A stretch of DNA of 64,000 bases, taken from Narcine bancroftii. Its lineage: Eukaryota. Below the pieces are notes generated by a model that was not told the DNA's origin, did no database searches, and saw only the letters and a list, made by a program, of their open reading frames with translations. The DNA is taken from contig NC_091473.1 in assembly GCF_036971445.1 (NCBI RefSeq), positions 211,482,001-211,546,000 on the forward strand, in the 5' to 3' direction. A program made the translations under genes and the position numbers. Each line of letters begins with the position of its first letter. The first letter of the stretch is position 1. Shown here piece after piece: positions 35,173 through 47,798 of this stretch.

Positions 35173-38100
35173 CAATGACCTGACAATGGAATGGCAATAA
35201 AAAAAATCTTTCTTTAATTTATGAGGTTTTATTTCACAGATTTAACTTTTCAACTGGTTTTCTTTTCCTGTCTGGATATCTTCCCTGACCAAAAGTTCCC
35301 AACACTTTCAAACTACTGGGACTCCTTTTAGATGGAGTCAAAATTTGACCTTGACATTGTTCATTAGTCAAACCTGTGTGACTATTACCAACACATGAAT
35401 CTCCATCGCCATGATGTGAACCCTCAACATTTCCATTGTGCTTTCTTGTACCATTTCTGATTCATCTGTTGTTGGCACCTGACTTGTATCCTCATTGTCT
35501 GGCTCATATGATTCATCTATGTACAATTAATCTGGTTGCCAATCTGTTTGTGTTTGCATAGGCATCACATGATTAATGTCTACATTTCTGACCATTCCAT
35601 TACCAAACATCTTGATGAAGTATGTTTGTGGTCCTAATTTTCTCAAAACTCATCCAGGTAACCGTGGTGATGGTTTTTCACCTGCACTTTTTGGTTCACC
35701 TCTACACTCGTTTCTTTGACCCTACATCTATCATGAATTGATTTTTGTTTCTCTTGTTTGTTTTCCATGGTTTGACCCAAATTTGGTTTTAACAAACAGA
35801 ACCTTGTTCTTGGGGTTCCCTTCAAAAACAATTCTGCTAGTATCTGACCAGTAGTTGCGTGAGGTGTATTTCAATATGTGATTAGAAAATTGGCAAGTTT
35901 TTGACCCAATGACAACTGACTCTTTCTCAGATTTAGATCCAACATCTGCTTTATCAATACACATTTCACAATTTGTACTGTGCATTCTGCTGCTGTATTT
36001 GAAGCAGGATGGTATGGGGGAGGGGTTGGGTGGGGGTACTCTAGTGTGTTTTGCACCATTATTTTTCAGGAACTGAATAAACTTCTGAACAGAACTGAGG
36101 TCCATTATCAGATACGATTTCCTCTGGAAATCTATATGATGCAAACAAACCCTGCAAAACATCCATTGTTTTGATGGACATCATTTTGGTCATCAGAAAC
36201 ACCTCAACCCACTTTTAATGACCATCAAACACAATGAACAATTTCTGCCTCTCTAACTTGGCAAAAATCTACTTTAACAAACCCTGGTAGGCCAAACCCT
36301 GGTAGGCCAAACCCATGGTTATAGAGGAACTGTTGGTGGATTCTTTCCAACTGATTGACATGGATTGGTTATCTTTGACACACTGCTCTATGTCTGTATC
36401 AAGACCTGGCCACCATGCGTATCTTCTAGCTCATCTCTTTGTCAAACACATTCCCAGATGATGATCATGTAGATCTCTTAGGAATTGTGCTCTGTATCTC
36501 ATTGGAATAGCCACCCTAGCTCCCCACATGACACAACCCTGCTCTTCTGACATTTCATTACTCTGCACAAAGAATGGCTTCATTTCTGACTCTGATTCAG
36601 ACAACTGATTTGGCCCATCATTTGAGATAGACTCTCATACTCTTAGAGTTCTCTTAAGAGAACTTGAGTCTGTGTGTGTAGCCTTACTAATGTCTTCTGA
36701 TGTGACAGGCAACTCTTCTGCATAGGAAAAGTAGAACACTTCATCTCTATTTGGAACAACATCAGATTCTAATGGCAATCTGGACATAGCATCAGCACTG
36801 CCGTCCTCCATAGACCAATAAGCAGACAGTATCAATGCCCATCTCTGCATCCTGGCGGCAGCTAATTTTGGTACCTGTGCCTGAGGATGTAGAATCTGCC
36901 TCTATGGTGAATTTATGACCATAAAGGTATTTGTGGAACTTTTTAACACCCACTTTATCTGGGCATAATTTTTCTCACTAGCTCTAAGGATCCTGGATGC
37001 AAACCAAATGGGTCTTTCCTCCCCATTTTATAGTACATGAGAAATGACTGCACCTACACCATAGGGCAAAGCTTTACTGGCTTCCTCACATCATAACGTA
37101 CCAGCATTTTACCGTCAACTAACTGTGTTTTATAAGACCACATCCACTTCCATTTCACCTCTTTTCTTAAGAGCTCATTTAGAGGATGCAAAATTGTTGA
37201 CAATTTTTTAATGAACTTGACAACCTGGAATTTGGGCTTGGCTCTGCCTCACCAGGTGTCTTCAAAATTTGAAAAACAAACCTTTCAGCTTTTAGCTGTT
37301 CAAAAACATCCAAAATCCCTTGCCCTTCCAACTAAACAGGCAAGCTAAATTTTGAAAACAGGTTCCCTACCTTGTCGCCAAATATGTAATATATTCTCAG
37401 AGAGATAAACACACAGGTTTATTCAAAATTGAAGCTACAGATTCCAAGTCCTCGCAACCAAACCTCAGTGGAGATTCCACTCCAATCCACATGGTGGAGC
37501 TAGAGGGTGGAGGTATTACAACTTGTTACACAGAGTGTGGGGAGTGATTCGCCAGCTCTGAGGCACTGCTGCAACACCAGTGTGTTCCCACTAGTGGGAA
37601 CCCATTCCCCTGCCCTGTCTGTAGGAAGAACTTCCAAATCTCCAAGGGTCCTGGAGGAGCATGAGTGTGTACCTCCCAGGGAGAGTCCATTCATCTGCCG
37701 CATATGTGGGTATGTGGGAAAAGGTTCACCTAGTCCTCCAGCCTCCTGCAGCACCAGATCATTCACTCCAGGGGAGAAACCATTAACGTGGCCCCTGTAT
37801 GGGAAGGGGTTCTCTAAGCCCACCAGATTGCAGGCATACCAGTGGGCTTATACTGGGGAGAGACCAATCATATGCTCCCTGTGCAGTAATACGTTCACAC
37901 GGCCCTCCTGCCTGCTGGCACACCAGCGGGTTCGCATGAGGGAGAAACTGTTCGACTGTTCCTTGTGTGGGAAAGGGTTCTCTCAGCAATCAGGCCTGTG
38001 AGCTCGCTAAAGTGTTCACACTGGGGAGAAGTAATTCACCAGCTCCCTATGTGGGAGGGGTTCTGTCAGCCCTCTGACTTGCAGGCACACAAGTGGGTTA

Positions 38101-39754
38101 GCACTGGGTAAAAACCATTCAGCTGCTCCCTGTGTGGGAAGGGATTTTCTCAGTCCTCCAGCCTTGGGTACACCAATGAGTTGACACTGGGTAGAAACTG
38201 TTCATCTGCTCCCTGTGTGGGAAGAGGTTCTCTCATTCCTCCACTCTGCTGGGTCACCAGAGTGTTCACACTGGGGAGAAACACTGAAGTGTGAAAACAC
38301 TGCTCCTGTGTGGGAACGGGTTCTCATGGCAATCCAGCCTTTGGGTAAACCAATTGATTCACACAGGACAGAAAATATTCTCTCTTTCAAAGGGATGGCC
38401 AATTGCACCTCTCTGCAGCCCACCAGGATATTTGCACCAGGAAGAGAATGTTCACCTCCTCCCTGGTCAGGAAGAAATTCAATCAGCCCTCCAGTCAATG
38501 GGGACACCACCGAGTACATACGGGGGAGAGATACGCTCAAGATGGACAGTCAGCATCTTTTCTCTCCAGTAAAAGTTTCACACACTAAAGGTGTGTGTTT
38601 AAGCTGAGGGGGAGGGAGAAAGGTTAAGGGAAATGTTTAGGGCAAATCTTTTACTCAGAGGGTTGTGAGCACCTGGAATGAGCTACCAGGTCCAGTTGGT
38701 TCTTGACAGACCCATGAATATGGAAGGAGGTGGATCGTGTGTGGGCAGCAGATTAGTTTAACTTGGGCATCCCGTTCAGTACAGACACGTGGGCCGAAGG
38801 GTCAATGTTTCAGAGGCCAGTTTGAGGATTGCTGTGTTGATGGGGATTTTCTCTGTAGCCTGAACTCCACCTCATCTCACTCTCCCACTATTATTTGGCC
38901 TTCTGCCCTCTTTGTCTGCTGTTCTGAGTGTGGGGTTCCTGCATCTGTTGTTGCCTTTCGTGGATGCTGCCTGACCTACTGAGTTGCTCCAGCATTTTGT
39001 GTGTCGCTGCTGAGGTGACTGTGGTGGTGATCTGACGTGGTGCCTGCATGACTGGGCTTTTGTGACGAGATCATAAACCAGGCAAGAAACGTCAGTGTCA
39101 TTAACTGCTGGACAAGACATAGCTGTTAAAGTTCCTTTTGATGTTTGCAATTGATTAAGTTTAAAACTCGACACTGAAACCTCTGGATTTTAAGATAATG
39201 AGAGGGTGCAGATGCCGGGATCTAATACAGGACACAAGTACTGGAGAAACTCAGAAGGTTACGCAGCATCTATAGGGAGTAAAAGGCAGTCGACATTTCG
39301 GGCCTGAGCCCTTCCCCAGGAGTGCCAAAAATGAGGCAGAAGGGAAGGGGGAGGAGCACGGTGTGGAGGAAAATCTGAACACAAAGGGTTAAGGGTTCAC
39401 CCATAAGTTGCTTACAAGAACATACAAAAGTCAGTTGCATATTGCTTAAGTGGAGGCGGGGAACCTTAAGGTTGTGATTTATCTGCAGACATGATAAGCT
39501 CTGGAATTCTGTGAAACAATGATTAAATTCTTGCCAAATGTTGACAATGATAAACTATTGTCAGGTTGACCGCAACAGGAAGCCACATGCAGGAATGCAC
39601 TGCCATTTATTGTATATAAACTCTGTTAAAACTGGCTGTGAGCAGAGCAAGCTCAGGCTGGGTGCTGGGCATGCTCTCCAAGATATCTTGCTAATAAAAC
39701 TCTTCTGAAACATTACCCTGGTGTTGGTAGTTGATTCTTTCTCCGCAAAAAATC

Positions 39755-39772
39755 TGGCGCTGCGAGCAGGAT
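39755..39772 (+). promoter_or_regulatory. Primer-binding site, tRNA-Ser-like
   Basis: TGGCGCTGCGAGCAGGAT directly after the 5' LTR; resembles the complement of vertebrate tRNA-Ser(CGA/TGA) 3' ends (recalled, not searched). Confidence 0.7.
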
Positions 39773-39866
39773 CCTATTTGACAAGATCACGAACCTGGGA
39801 CTGAGGGTCCCGTAGGAGTGGGTGATGGCCCTAGCCAAGAACCTAGGTGAAAGGGGGTGAGGCAGT

Positions 39867-39984
39867 CTCACACACCAAAATCCCCACTTGAGAGGGTAAG
39901 GTGAGGCTCACACACCAAGATCCCTGCTTGAGAGGGTGAGGTGAAGCTCACACAGCGAGATCCCCGCTTGAGAGGGTGAGGTGA
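39867..39984 (+). repeat. Three 40-bp tandem repeats in the ERV leader
   Basis: Units ctcacacaccaagatccctgcttgagagggtgaggtgaag start at 39867, 39907 and 39947. Confidence 0.85.
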
Positions 39985-42462
39985 TGTCCAGAGAGTAGGA
40001 GTCTCTCTATCTAAAATGGGGGGAAGGTGGAGAAGTAGAACCCAGGGTGACAACGCGGACAGAAGAGGGAACTGACAACTCTGTATATATTGTATAACTG
40101 TTGTTAAGGTTTTACAGGAGACCAAGATGGGAAATCGGCTCAGCAAGGCAATTATTCCCGGTCGAGCACATAAGTCTGTTCCCAGGCCACGACAACGACC
40201 CCGATGAAGAAAGCCACTAAAGACCCAAGGAAAGGAACAACGGAGACGTCGCCAACTGGTAGGAGATCCGCTGCAGCCTCTGGGCTCGCCAGCTGACATC
40301 ATGATGAGAGAAACGGGAAACTGGAATTATGCCGTTCCGTTCAGTAATGATCTAAATATATTGTTCATGAATGAATAGGCGTACGGGGAAAGTTCAGCAG
40401 ATCTGAAAGAATCTACTAATAGTGAAAGAGGAGACCCCATTTGGGATCTCGGATATTTTAATGGGTGTTTTAATAAGTGAACAGAGGACACGAAGTGGCA
40501 TCAGCCCACGACCGGAAAGGAAGGAAAAGGGACAGACCCTAATTCGGAGTTTCCCGGGCCCACTTCATACTCCCCAGAGCACATCTGAGCCTCCAGGCAC
40601 GGCCTCTACTCCTCCTGTCAGCCTGTATCCCCAGTTATATGCTGGAAGGGGAAGCGACTGGGACAACCTGGTCCAGACAGCAGTGGCTTATGCCAGCAGG
40701 CCGCAAGACAGGGCCCCCATCGGGCCTGTGCGTCAGGCTGAACCTCCTGTTTTGCGAGAGGCGAGTGTTGCCTCTGCACCTGATGCTTCAGGGCACAGAG
40801 AACCCAGGTCTGAGAAAGGATTGGAGTAACAACGCATAGTGGGGGCAAAGGAAAAGCCAGATTCAACTAGTCAAATGCCCCGAAAAATGATCGGAGACAC
40901 CCCATACTAAAGCCCTGGATGCCCACTGAGGCACAGGACATGATTAGAGCAGCACCAGACCCAGTAAAGGAGACTCATAACGTTCCACTATTGGCTGCAG
41001 CAAACCTGCGCCATCTGTCATCACTTGCCCAGTGACATCCGTATGCTGTTACAAGCTGCCTACGGATCTCACTGGCAAGCAGTAAAAGAATCTTTCCTAG
41101 TCCCGATAGGAGAAAATGGGAGAAGTAACACACTTCCTACAGAAGGCTGGGGTTTTGTGGTTCATTTTAAAAACACTTGGAAGGAAAATGCTGGGGTGCC
41201 TTCACAAGATAACCAATCCTTGGCTGTGCAGACCTTGCTAAATTGCCTGCTGCCCCAAAATGTATAAGATGAAGCAATTGGATTGGCAAGGAAAGAAATG
41301 GGCTATTAACAATACTGTTACTGTATTGACTAATATGGACTAAAAAGGTTATTCACCCAGAAGGAGAAGCGAACAGGGCAGTTTTATATGTATATTTGTC
41401 CGAGAGTGGGGCAGGCCCTGGGATAAGACCCAGGATCAGTGCCGAAATTGCAGAATGAAGAGTCATTGACTACGGGAACGTAGAAGGCAGCCCTGGGGAA
41501 GACGATGGCAAAGAGGTGATGCCCATTGCCCTAGAGACCCTGGACCTTATCAAAATCCCCTTGTGGCCTAGGACTGTAACCAAAGGCCCCAGTTCTCCTT
41601 TCAGCAGCCCAACCCATAGGGGTGCCTGGAGGAGCACCTCTCCTCCAATTGTCCTTAGATGGAGAAAGCCAGCCTATCTTTAATGTGCAGATAGGGGGAA
41701 AAGAGAGTTTAATGTTGGTGGATATTGGGGCCACCATGTCATCTGTGCCACCATCCACAGGATTACCCTTGAGTGAAAAAACTGTAGATAGCATTGGGGT
41801 GTCCAGGACCCTTATGACTGTCCCTGATTCACAACCCACCATCCTGACGGTGGGAGATTAATTGTGTCACCCACGACCCCTGTCCCTATCTTAGGGAAAC
41901 AAGCTCTCTGCAAACTTAATGCTACTTTATATTGTACCGAGGAGGGCGTTTATATGCAACTGCCCGCCGCTAATACATACCAGCTTCTGCATTCACTGTG
42001 TGATTCTAAGCAGGAACACGACAAGTCATAACTAGTCCCCATGTTGCCCATGACACTTACTCGAGATGTCACTACCCCGGAGCAGCTTCAAGTAATACAG
42101 GAGCTGGAACTGAAAACCGCCCAAGAAACAGCTTCTGCCCTCAAGCAGTGTATGTGGGATACCCACAGCTGCCAAGTGGACAAAGGTTTGTTGAAGAGTA
42201 AAGACGGAAAGGTAGAGTGCCTGCGAAGTCTATATCGGCCCATAGTAAAACTGGACCATGGGCAAACCCACCTGGGAAAAGCGGGAATGCTGCATAATAT
42301 AAAGCAGGTATGGTTTTCTCCTGGAATTTCTACAAACATAGAAAGACAAGTGAGGAATTGTCTAATCTGTCAGAAGAACAATCTGCCAAATTTGATCGAT
42401 TGCCCCATGCTCAGGCCCCCTTTGAGAACTTGCAGATTGACTTTGCCCATATGCCCCCTCAA

Positions 42463-43111
42463 GACAATAGACACACACACCGAGAGCAGTTCAGCTTATA
42501 CAAATGTTTATTACAAATTCAAAAGCTGATTTCACTCTACAATATGCAAGCCCTTCCCAACTATACTTATCAACGCTTGGACTGGTCCCAACTGCCGAAG
42601 CGAGGCAACGATGCACACTTGTAGTAGGTTGTCAGGGCGCCAGTAGCAGCTTCTCCACCTCCCCTGACCGGGACGTTGGCTGGACTCCAGAAGTTCTTCT
42701 TCTTACTGAGAGATGTTGCCACCTCTCGGAGAGTCTCAAACTTCAGCAGCAGGACAATGGCTTATATTACCCAAAAACTGCTTACCCAAGCACCTATTCC
42801 CAGCACAGCAAGAAAGATAAGCAAGCAAGCTAGCATGCTAGGCTTCTAATGAATAACATAATTTTCAGTTTATCACTTTGAATATAATGGTTTATTTTGC
42901 ATCAAGGCTAGGCCTCTGACACTCTGTGACCAAAACAAGCAGGAAGATTAAATGTTCTTAGTACACAGATGTCCTTTCGTCAGATAACAGCATCTCTGGC
43001 CCGTTGGTGGAATTTAGCTTATGTCTGCTGGTACTAAAACACAAGCAGGTTCTGAGCCTTGCAGAACCCAGAGCTGTAAGTTTAAAAAAACAGGTTAGAA
43101 TCTTCCATTAC
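42463..43111 (-). mobile_element. Probable antisense solo LTR inserted in the ERV integrase
   Basis: Splits QIDFAHMPP from KYWLVIVDMFTRW; minus strand begins TGTAATGGAAG, with AATAAA near 42510. Confidence 0.55.
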
Positions 43112-45124
43112 AAAAGGGTAAAGTACTGGCTGGTTATAGTGGATATGTTTACCCGATGGATAGAAGCCTACCCGACTAGGAGAGATGATGCCCAGACAGT
43201 GGCCAAAGTCCTGATGAAGGAACTGATTCTCCGCTACGGGATCCCCAGAGGGATAAATAGCGATAGAGGGACCCATTTTATGGGAAAGATAGTGGTAGCC
43301 CTGACTGAGATAATGAGGGATCCAATGGTGCTCAGGCCAGAGATATTTCTGAGACAGCCAAAAATGAAACTTTGAATTTGCCATCCCTCAAATAAAACAG
43401 ACTCCCAGAGCCTTGTGTGCCTCCTAAGTTTTGGCAGCAGAACCTACCCCACCTCTTTGAACCACCCTATAGGGTCTCCCACAAGAAAGCCACTTCCTCT
43501 GGGAACCAGAACAACAGGCTGCATTTGACACAGCAAAGCAAGCTATTGAACAAGCACTGCCCCTTGTCCCCTGCCAGGCAAGTGTTCCTTTTAAATTACA
43601 GATCTCAGCCAGTAAGGCAGGAGCTGAATGGATTCTCCGGCAGAAGATGCAAGGGTGCAGAGTCCTGCTAGTCTTCTGGAGAAAATCTCTGCCTGGTGCC
43701 GCCACTCGCTACAACCCATTTGACACTGGGACATCGGCCAACACTTTCCTCAGGGTTGTTTATGAATTTGCGAGCACCTGGACAGTGACACCGAACTGAC
43801 GACTGACCAACAAGACAGTTCGTCATGTATTACAAAAAAAAATAATGAAGAGAACAGCTGTTGCTCTGGAAACTATCACTGGACATTTTATCTTGTCAAG
43901 CCTTCAACTTTTTTAAAATTGCATGTTTTGCTGTGGTTTTTACAATACATAATGTCTCTAAGCACACTCAGAGAAACTAAAGTCTATAGGTACATAATCT
44001 CACTGTGAATGTAAAGTTACAGTTTGTGAGCTGACCAATCAATGATCAGACCCCATGGTAGGAAACATCATATATATTTTGTTTTGCAATGATGGCATCA
44101 CCCCAGAAACTCCCATTAACAGAAAAACATCTAATGGGGTGGGGGCTGTGGGAGCCTTTATTTAAAAATGCTAAATTGGCTAATTTTCTGTCCTGACTCC
44201 TCCTGGCTATGGATACAGGGATCCAACGCAGGCATTTTGGGCCCCCCGTTGAAAGAGAACGTGAGCATGAATGCCATTTTGGTGTCAAACATCAGCCCAG
44301 AAAAGCAGACGCCCCTGATGTAGACCTGCTGGCCTGCCCCCTGCCTCACCATGGGTTAGCACGATGACAGGCACCTGGACTCTATGCCTGAGGAGTGCCC
44401 AACCATGAGGCCAAGGCGCGGGATCCGCAAGCCAAGGAGTTAGGTATGGGATGTTGATATCTGGATCAACAAGGAGGAACTGTGGAGGAAAATCTGAACA
44501 AAAAGAGTTAAGGGTTCACCCATAAGTTGCTTACAAGAACATATAAGAGTCAGTTGCATATTGCTTAAGCGGAGGCGGGGAACCTTAGGGTTGTGATTTA
44601 TCTGCGGACATGATAAGATTTGGAATTCTGTGAAACAATGATTAAATTCTTGCCAAATGTTGACAATGATAAACTATTGTCAGCTTGAGCAACAGGAAGC
44701 CACATGCAGGAATGCACTGCCATTTATTTATTGTATATAAACTCTGTTAAAACTGGCTGTGAGCAGAGCAAGCCCAGGCTGGGTGCTGGGCATGTTCTCC
44801 AAGATATCTTGCTAATAAAACTCTTCTGAAGCGTTACCCTGGTGTTGGTAGTTGATTCTTTCTCCACCACACATGGGCTTACTGGTGGATACTGGTGGGA
44901 GGGTAGAAGAGAGAGAAGGTGAGAGGGCTAAGAAGGGTAGCTCTCTGATGGGAGAAGGAAGTGAAGGGGGTGGGGAGCTGGAGGAGAAACAGAAGAATAA
45001 CAGAAACTGGAGGTTGATATTGATGCCACCTGGTTGGAGAGGGTCGGGGCGGAATATAAGCTGCAATGCACAATAGTGCTGGAGAAACTCAGCAGGACAC
45101 ACAGCGGCCACAGGAAGGGAAAGG

Positions 45125-45162
45125 CAGTCGACATTTCGGATTTGGGCCCTTCATCAGGAATG
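45125..45162 (-). ncRNA. Minimal type-I hammerhead ribozyme motif in a PLE-derived repeat
   Basis: Minus strand CAUUC-CUGAUGA-A-GGG(cccaaa)UCC-GAAA-UGUC|GACUG: intact core boxes, 3-bp stem II, 4/5-bp stem I, GUC triplet. Confidence 0.6.
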
Positions 45163-45845
45163 TAGAAAATTAAGGAGGGAGGGACAGGGGGTGCAGCACA
45201 GGTGAACTAGTCATAGGTGGATACAGGTGAGAGAATATACAGAACCTGAAAAGTGACCGGTGAGATGACAGACAGTTTTTCTCTGATCAGATAAGTCTGG
45301 GAAGGAGATAGGGAACTGGGGAGTGGGGGGGGGGGGGGGGGGTGTGGGGAGGAGGGGAAGGAGACAGATCAGGGAAAGAAAGACTCTGAAAGGTCTCCAA
45401 AAGTAACCCTGGAAATTATAGGCTGGTGACTGTGACCTCAGTAATAGGTAAATAATCGGGTGTTCTAAGAGATCCTATATACTAGTATTTTGATAGCCTG
45501 GGACTGATTAGGTTGTCAACATGGCTTCATACGTGGTAGGGAATGTTTAACCAATCTAATAATTTTTTTTGAGGAGGTTACCAGGAACCTGTGGGTGTTG
45601 TCTGTATGGACTTTGGAAAGGCCTTTGACAAGCTCCCGTCAGGATGGCCAGACACTCGGTATTCATGGTGAGGTAATAAAATGGATTTGACATTGGCAAA
45701 ACAGGAGAGGTCAGAGAGTGTTTGGGGATGAAAACTCCTCAGTCTGGACACCTGTGACTAGTGATGTGTCTCTGGGACTGGTTGTTGTTTCTCATCTATA
45801 GTAATGATCTGGATGATAATGTGGTAAATTGGATCAGCAAGTTTG

Positions 45846-47694
45846 AATTATACTTATCTCCTGTTGCTTCTATTATTACTAATTCTATATTATCTAAACC
45901 GTTTGAACTTTATCGTGGGACTAGACAGGATGTCCTCTTGGTCCATTTTTGGTTAATTTAGAATCTCTGGCTATTGTCCTTAAGAGAATCTCAGGATATT
46001 TCAGGCATATTTAGGGGAGGATTGCTTCATAAAGTTTCTCGTTACACTGATGACCTTTTGCTTCTTCTAATGGATCCTCCATTCCTGCTATACTAACATT
46101 ATTTCAGCAATTCAGTCAGTTTTCGGGATATAAATTAAATTTACAAAAGAGAGAATTATTCCTTTTGAACACTCTAGCCCCCTTACATACTATTTGAAGA
46201 TTGCTACAACCCAATTTACATACATTGGAGGAACAATTACCAAGAATCATAAACATGTGTTTGAAGAGAATTTCCTATCCCAGTGATCTCCTCTTTTGCT
46301 GTCCTTAATTGGACAAATTAACGTCATTAAGATGAATATTTTACCTACGTTTTTATATTCTATATTTTGGTTATATTATGATAGTAAAACAGATGTCCCT
46401 ACCTGGGTTGATTTAGAGCTGAATTTGACTATTGTTTCAATACTTGGAGCACCTCTACCTTTACCAATTGGTAAAGATTGATAATCTCATGGTTAAACTT
46501 ACAATTATGATTTGGTTTCAAAGGTTCCTTCTTTTCAGTCCTATTTTATCAATTTTGTTTACAACCTTCTATGATGGATTCTGCTTTTCAGAAATGGTCC
46601 AGATTTGGAATTAAACATTTTTATGATTTATTTATTGATAACAATCTTGCTACATTAGAGCAACTTTCTTATAAATTTAATTTACCAAATTCTCATATTT
46701 GTAGATTAGGTTCTTTCTCTATTCTTAATCTTCAAAATTCTTGCAGTTTCCTGTTAGGAATTTGATAGAAACAATTTTCAACCATCTCAGAAAAGGTTAA
46801 CAGTGATTGTATATGATGTCCTGCTGGAATCAAGGCAAGTCTCAATGGATAAAATTAAAAAGTCATGGGAGCAGGACCTTGATATTTTTATTCCTGATGA
46901 TTCTTGGAACTCTATTTTTAAGTTGGTTAATATATCTTCTCTTTGTGCCTGGCACTTACTGATACAATTCAAAATTGTGCATAGAGCTAGTATTTATACT
47001 AATATTAGCTCTTTCTGTGACAGATGTAAGAATGAGGACAGATCATTAATTCATATGCTTTGGTCTTGTTCAACCCTTGCCAAGTATTGGGAAGAGATCT
47101 TTCATACTTTATCAATAATTATTAATGTTAACCGAGCCTTGTTTGGGATGGTTGAACAGAGGGAAGTGAAATTGTCTTCATTTCAATGTCATGTGTTAGC
47201 CTTGACCTCTCTTATTGCGAGACAAGTAATTTTGATCAGATGAAGAGATGCTGTCCCATCCACTCATAATCAATGGTTACATGATATGATGTCATATTTA
47301 ATTTGGAAAAAATAAGATGTTCAAGAAATGTTTTAAATTTAAATTTTTCCAATCTCTGGGGTTCTTTTTTGAATTATTTTCACAGCCTCCAATGGGAATC
47401 TTAATCAGGGTGTTATGATTCTTGGGATAAGATGTTTCTTTCTATTTTTTCTGGCAGTTTTTTTTTCTCCTCTATTGCCATGCAATTTAGGAATGGTTTG
47501 AGGTTTAGATTTGTTAAATTTCTTTTTTTTTTCAGTTTGTCTATGAATAATACTGTTGCATAAGAGAAATATATTTTTCTCTGACGTATTGCGCTTATGT
47601 GTTCTATTAATTTGTGTTAGTTTTATGCATCATTCCTTTATCTATGTATATCCTATTACATAAAATTCATAAAATTATTGAAAAAGAAAAGAAA
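45846..47694 (+). mobile_element. 5'-truncated L1-like LINE
   Basis: RGTRQ, KMNILP and CDRCK...HMLWSC motifs; A-rich tail; 10-bp TSD agcaagtttg at 45836-45845 and 47695-47704. Confidence 0.85.
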
Positions 47695-47798
47695 AGCAAG
47701 TTTGCAGATGATACAAAGATTGGAGGTGAGCAAGGTTTCAAAACTTGTAGAGGGATCCGGACCAGCTGTAAAAAATGGCTGGAAACTGGCAGATGCAA

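Larger units (their letters stand above)
33388..37530 (-). mobile_element. Gypsy LTR retrotransposon, internally deleted; LTRs 37385-37530 and 33388-34593 (the latter split by CR1)
   Basis: LTR TGTAATATATTC...TTACA duplicated; PBS-like TGGCGACAAGG at 37370-37380; PPT at 34594-34608; TSD ctgag/cagag; RNase H end MQRWALILSAY and integrase YHPASN. Confidence 0.85.
33250..38530 (+). pseudogene. C2H2 zinc-finger gene, split by a Gypsy insertion (33388-37530) and decayed
   Basis: MEGQVTSDTSDKTLQCEASDGAGLSVDLLELHHWALTGERPFPCSE resumes as ECGE at 37531, followed by about 10 degenerate fingers (TGEKP/TGERP linkers, CSLCGKGFSQ) with stops and frameshifts. Confidence 0.85.
39362..44871 (+). mobile_element. 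Endogenous retrovirus, deleted provirus (LTRs 39362-39750 and 44481-44871; gag, pro and int remnants, RT absent)
   Basis: About 390-bp direct LTRs with TATATAAA and AATAAA; PBS at 39755-39772; PPT AAGGAGGAAC; TSD cacgg/catgg. Gag MGNRLSK at 40127, protease LVDIGATMS, integrase HGQTH...CLIC and VDMFTRWIEAYP...SDRGTHF. Confidence 0.93.

Noticed and set aside
39867-39984. 40-bp repeats as a CRISPR-like array
   Set aside because: Contiguous tandem units without unique spacers, inside a retroviral leader in eukaryotic DNA.
43700-44460. env gene in the 39.4-44.9 kb ERV
   Set aside because: The position fits, but there is no open frame or diagnostic furin/ISD/CX6CC motif that I could confirm.
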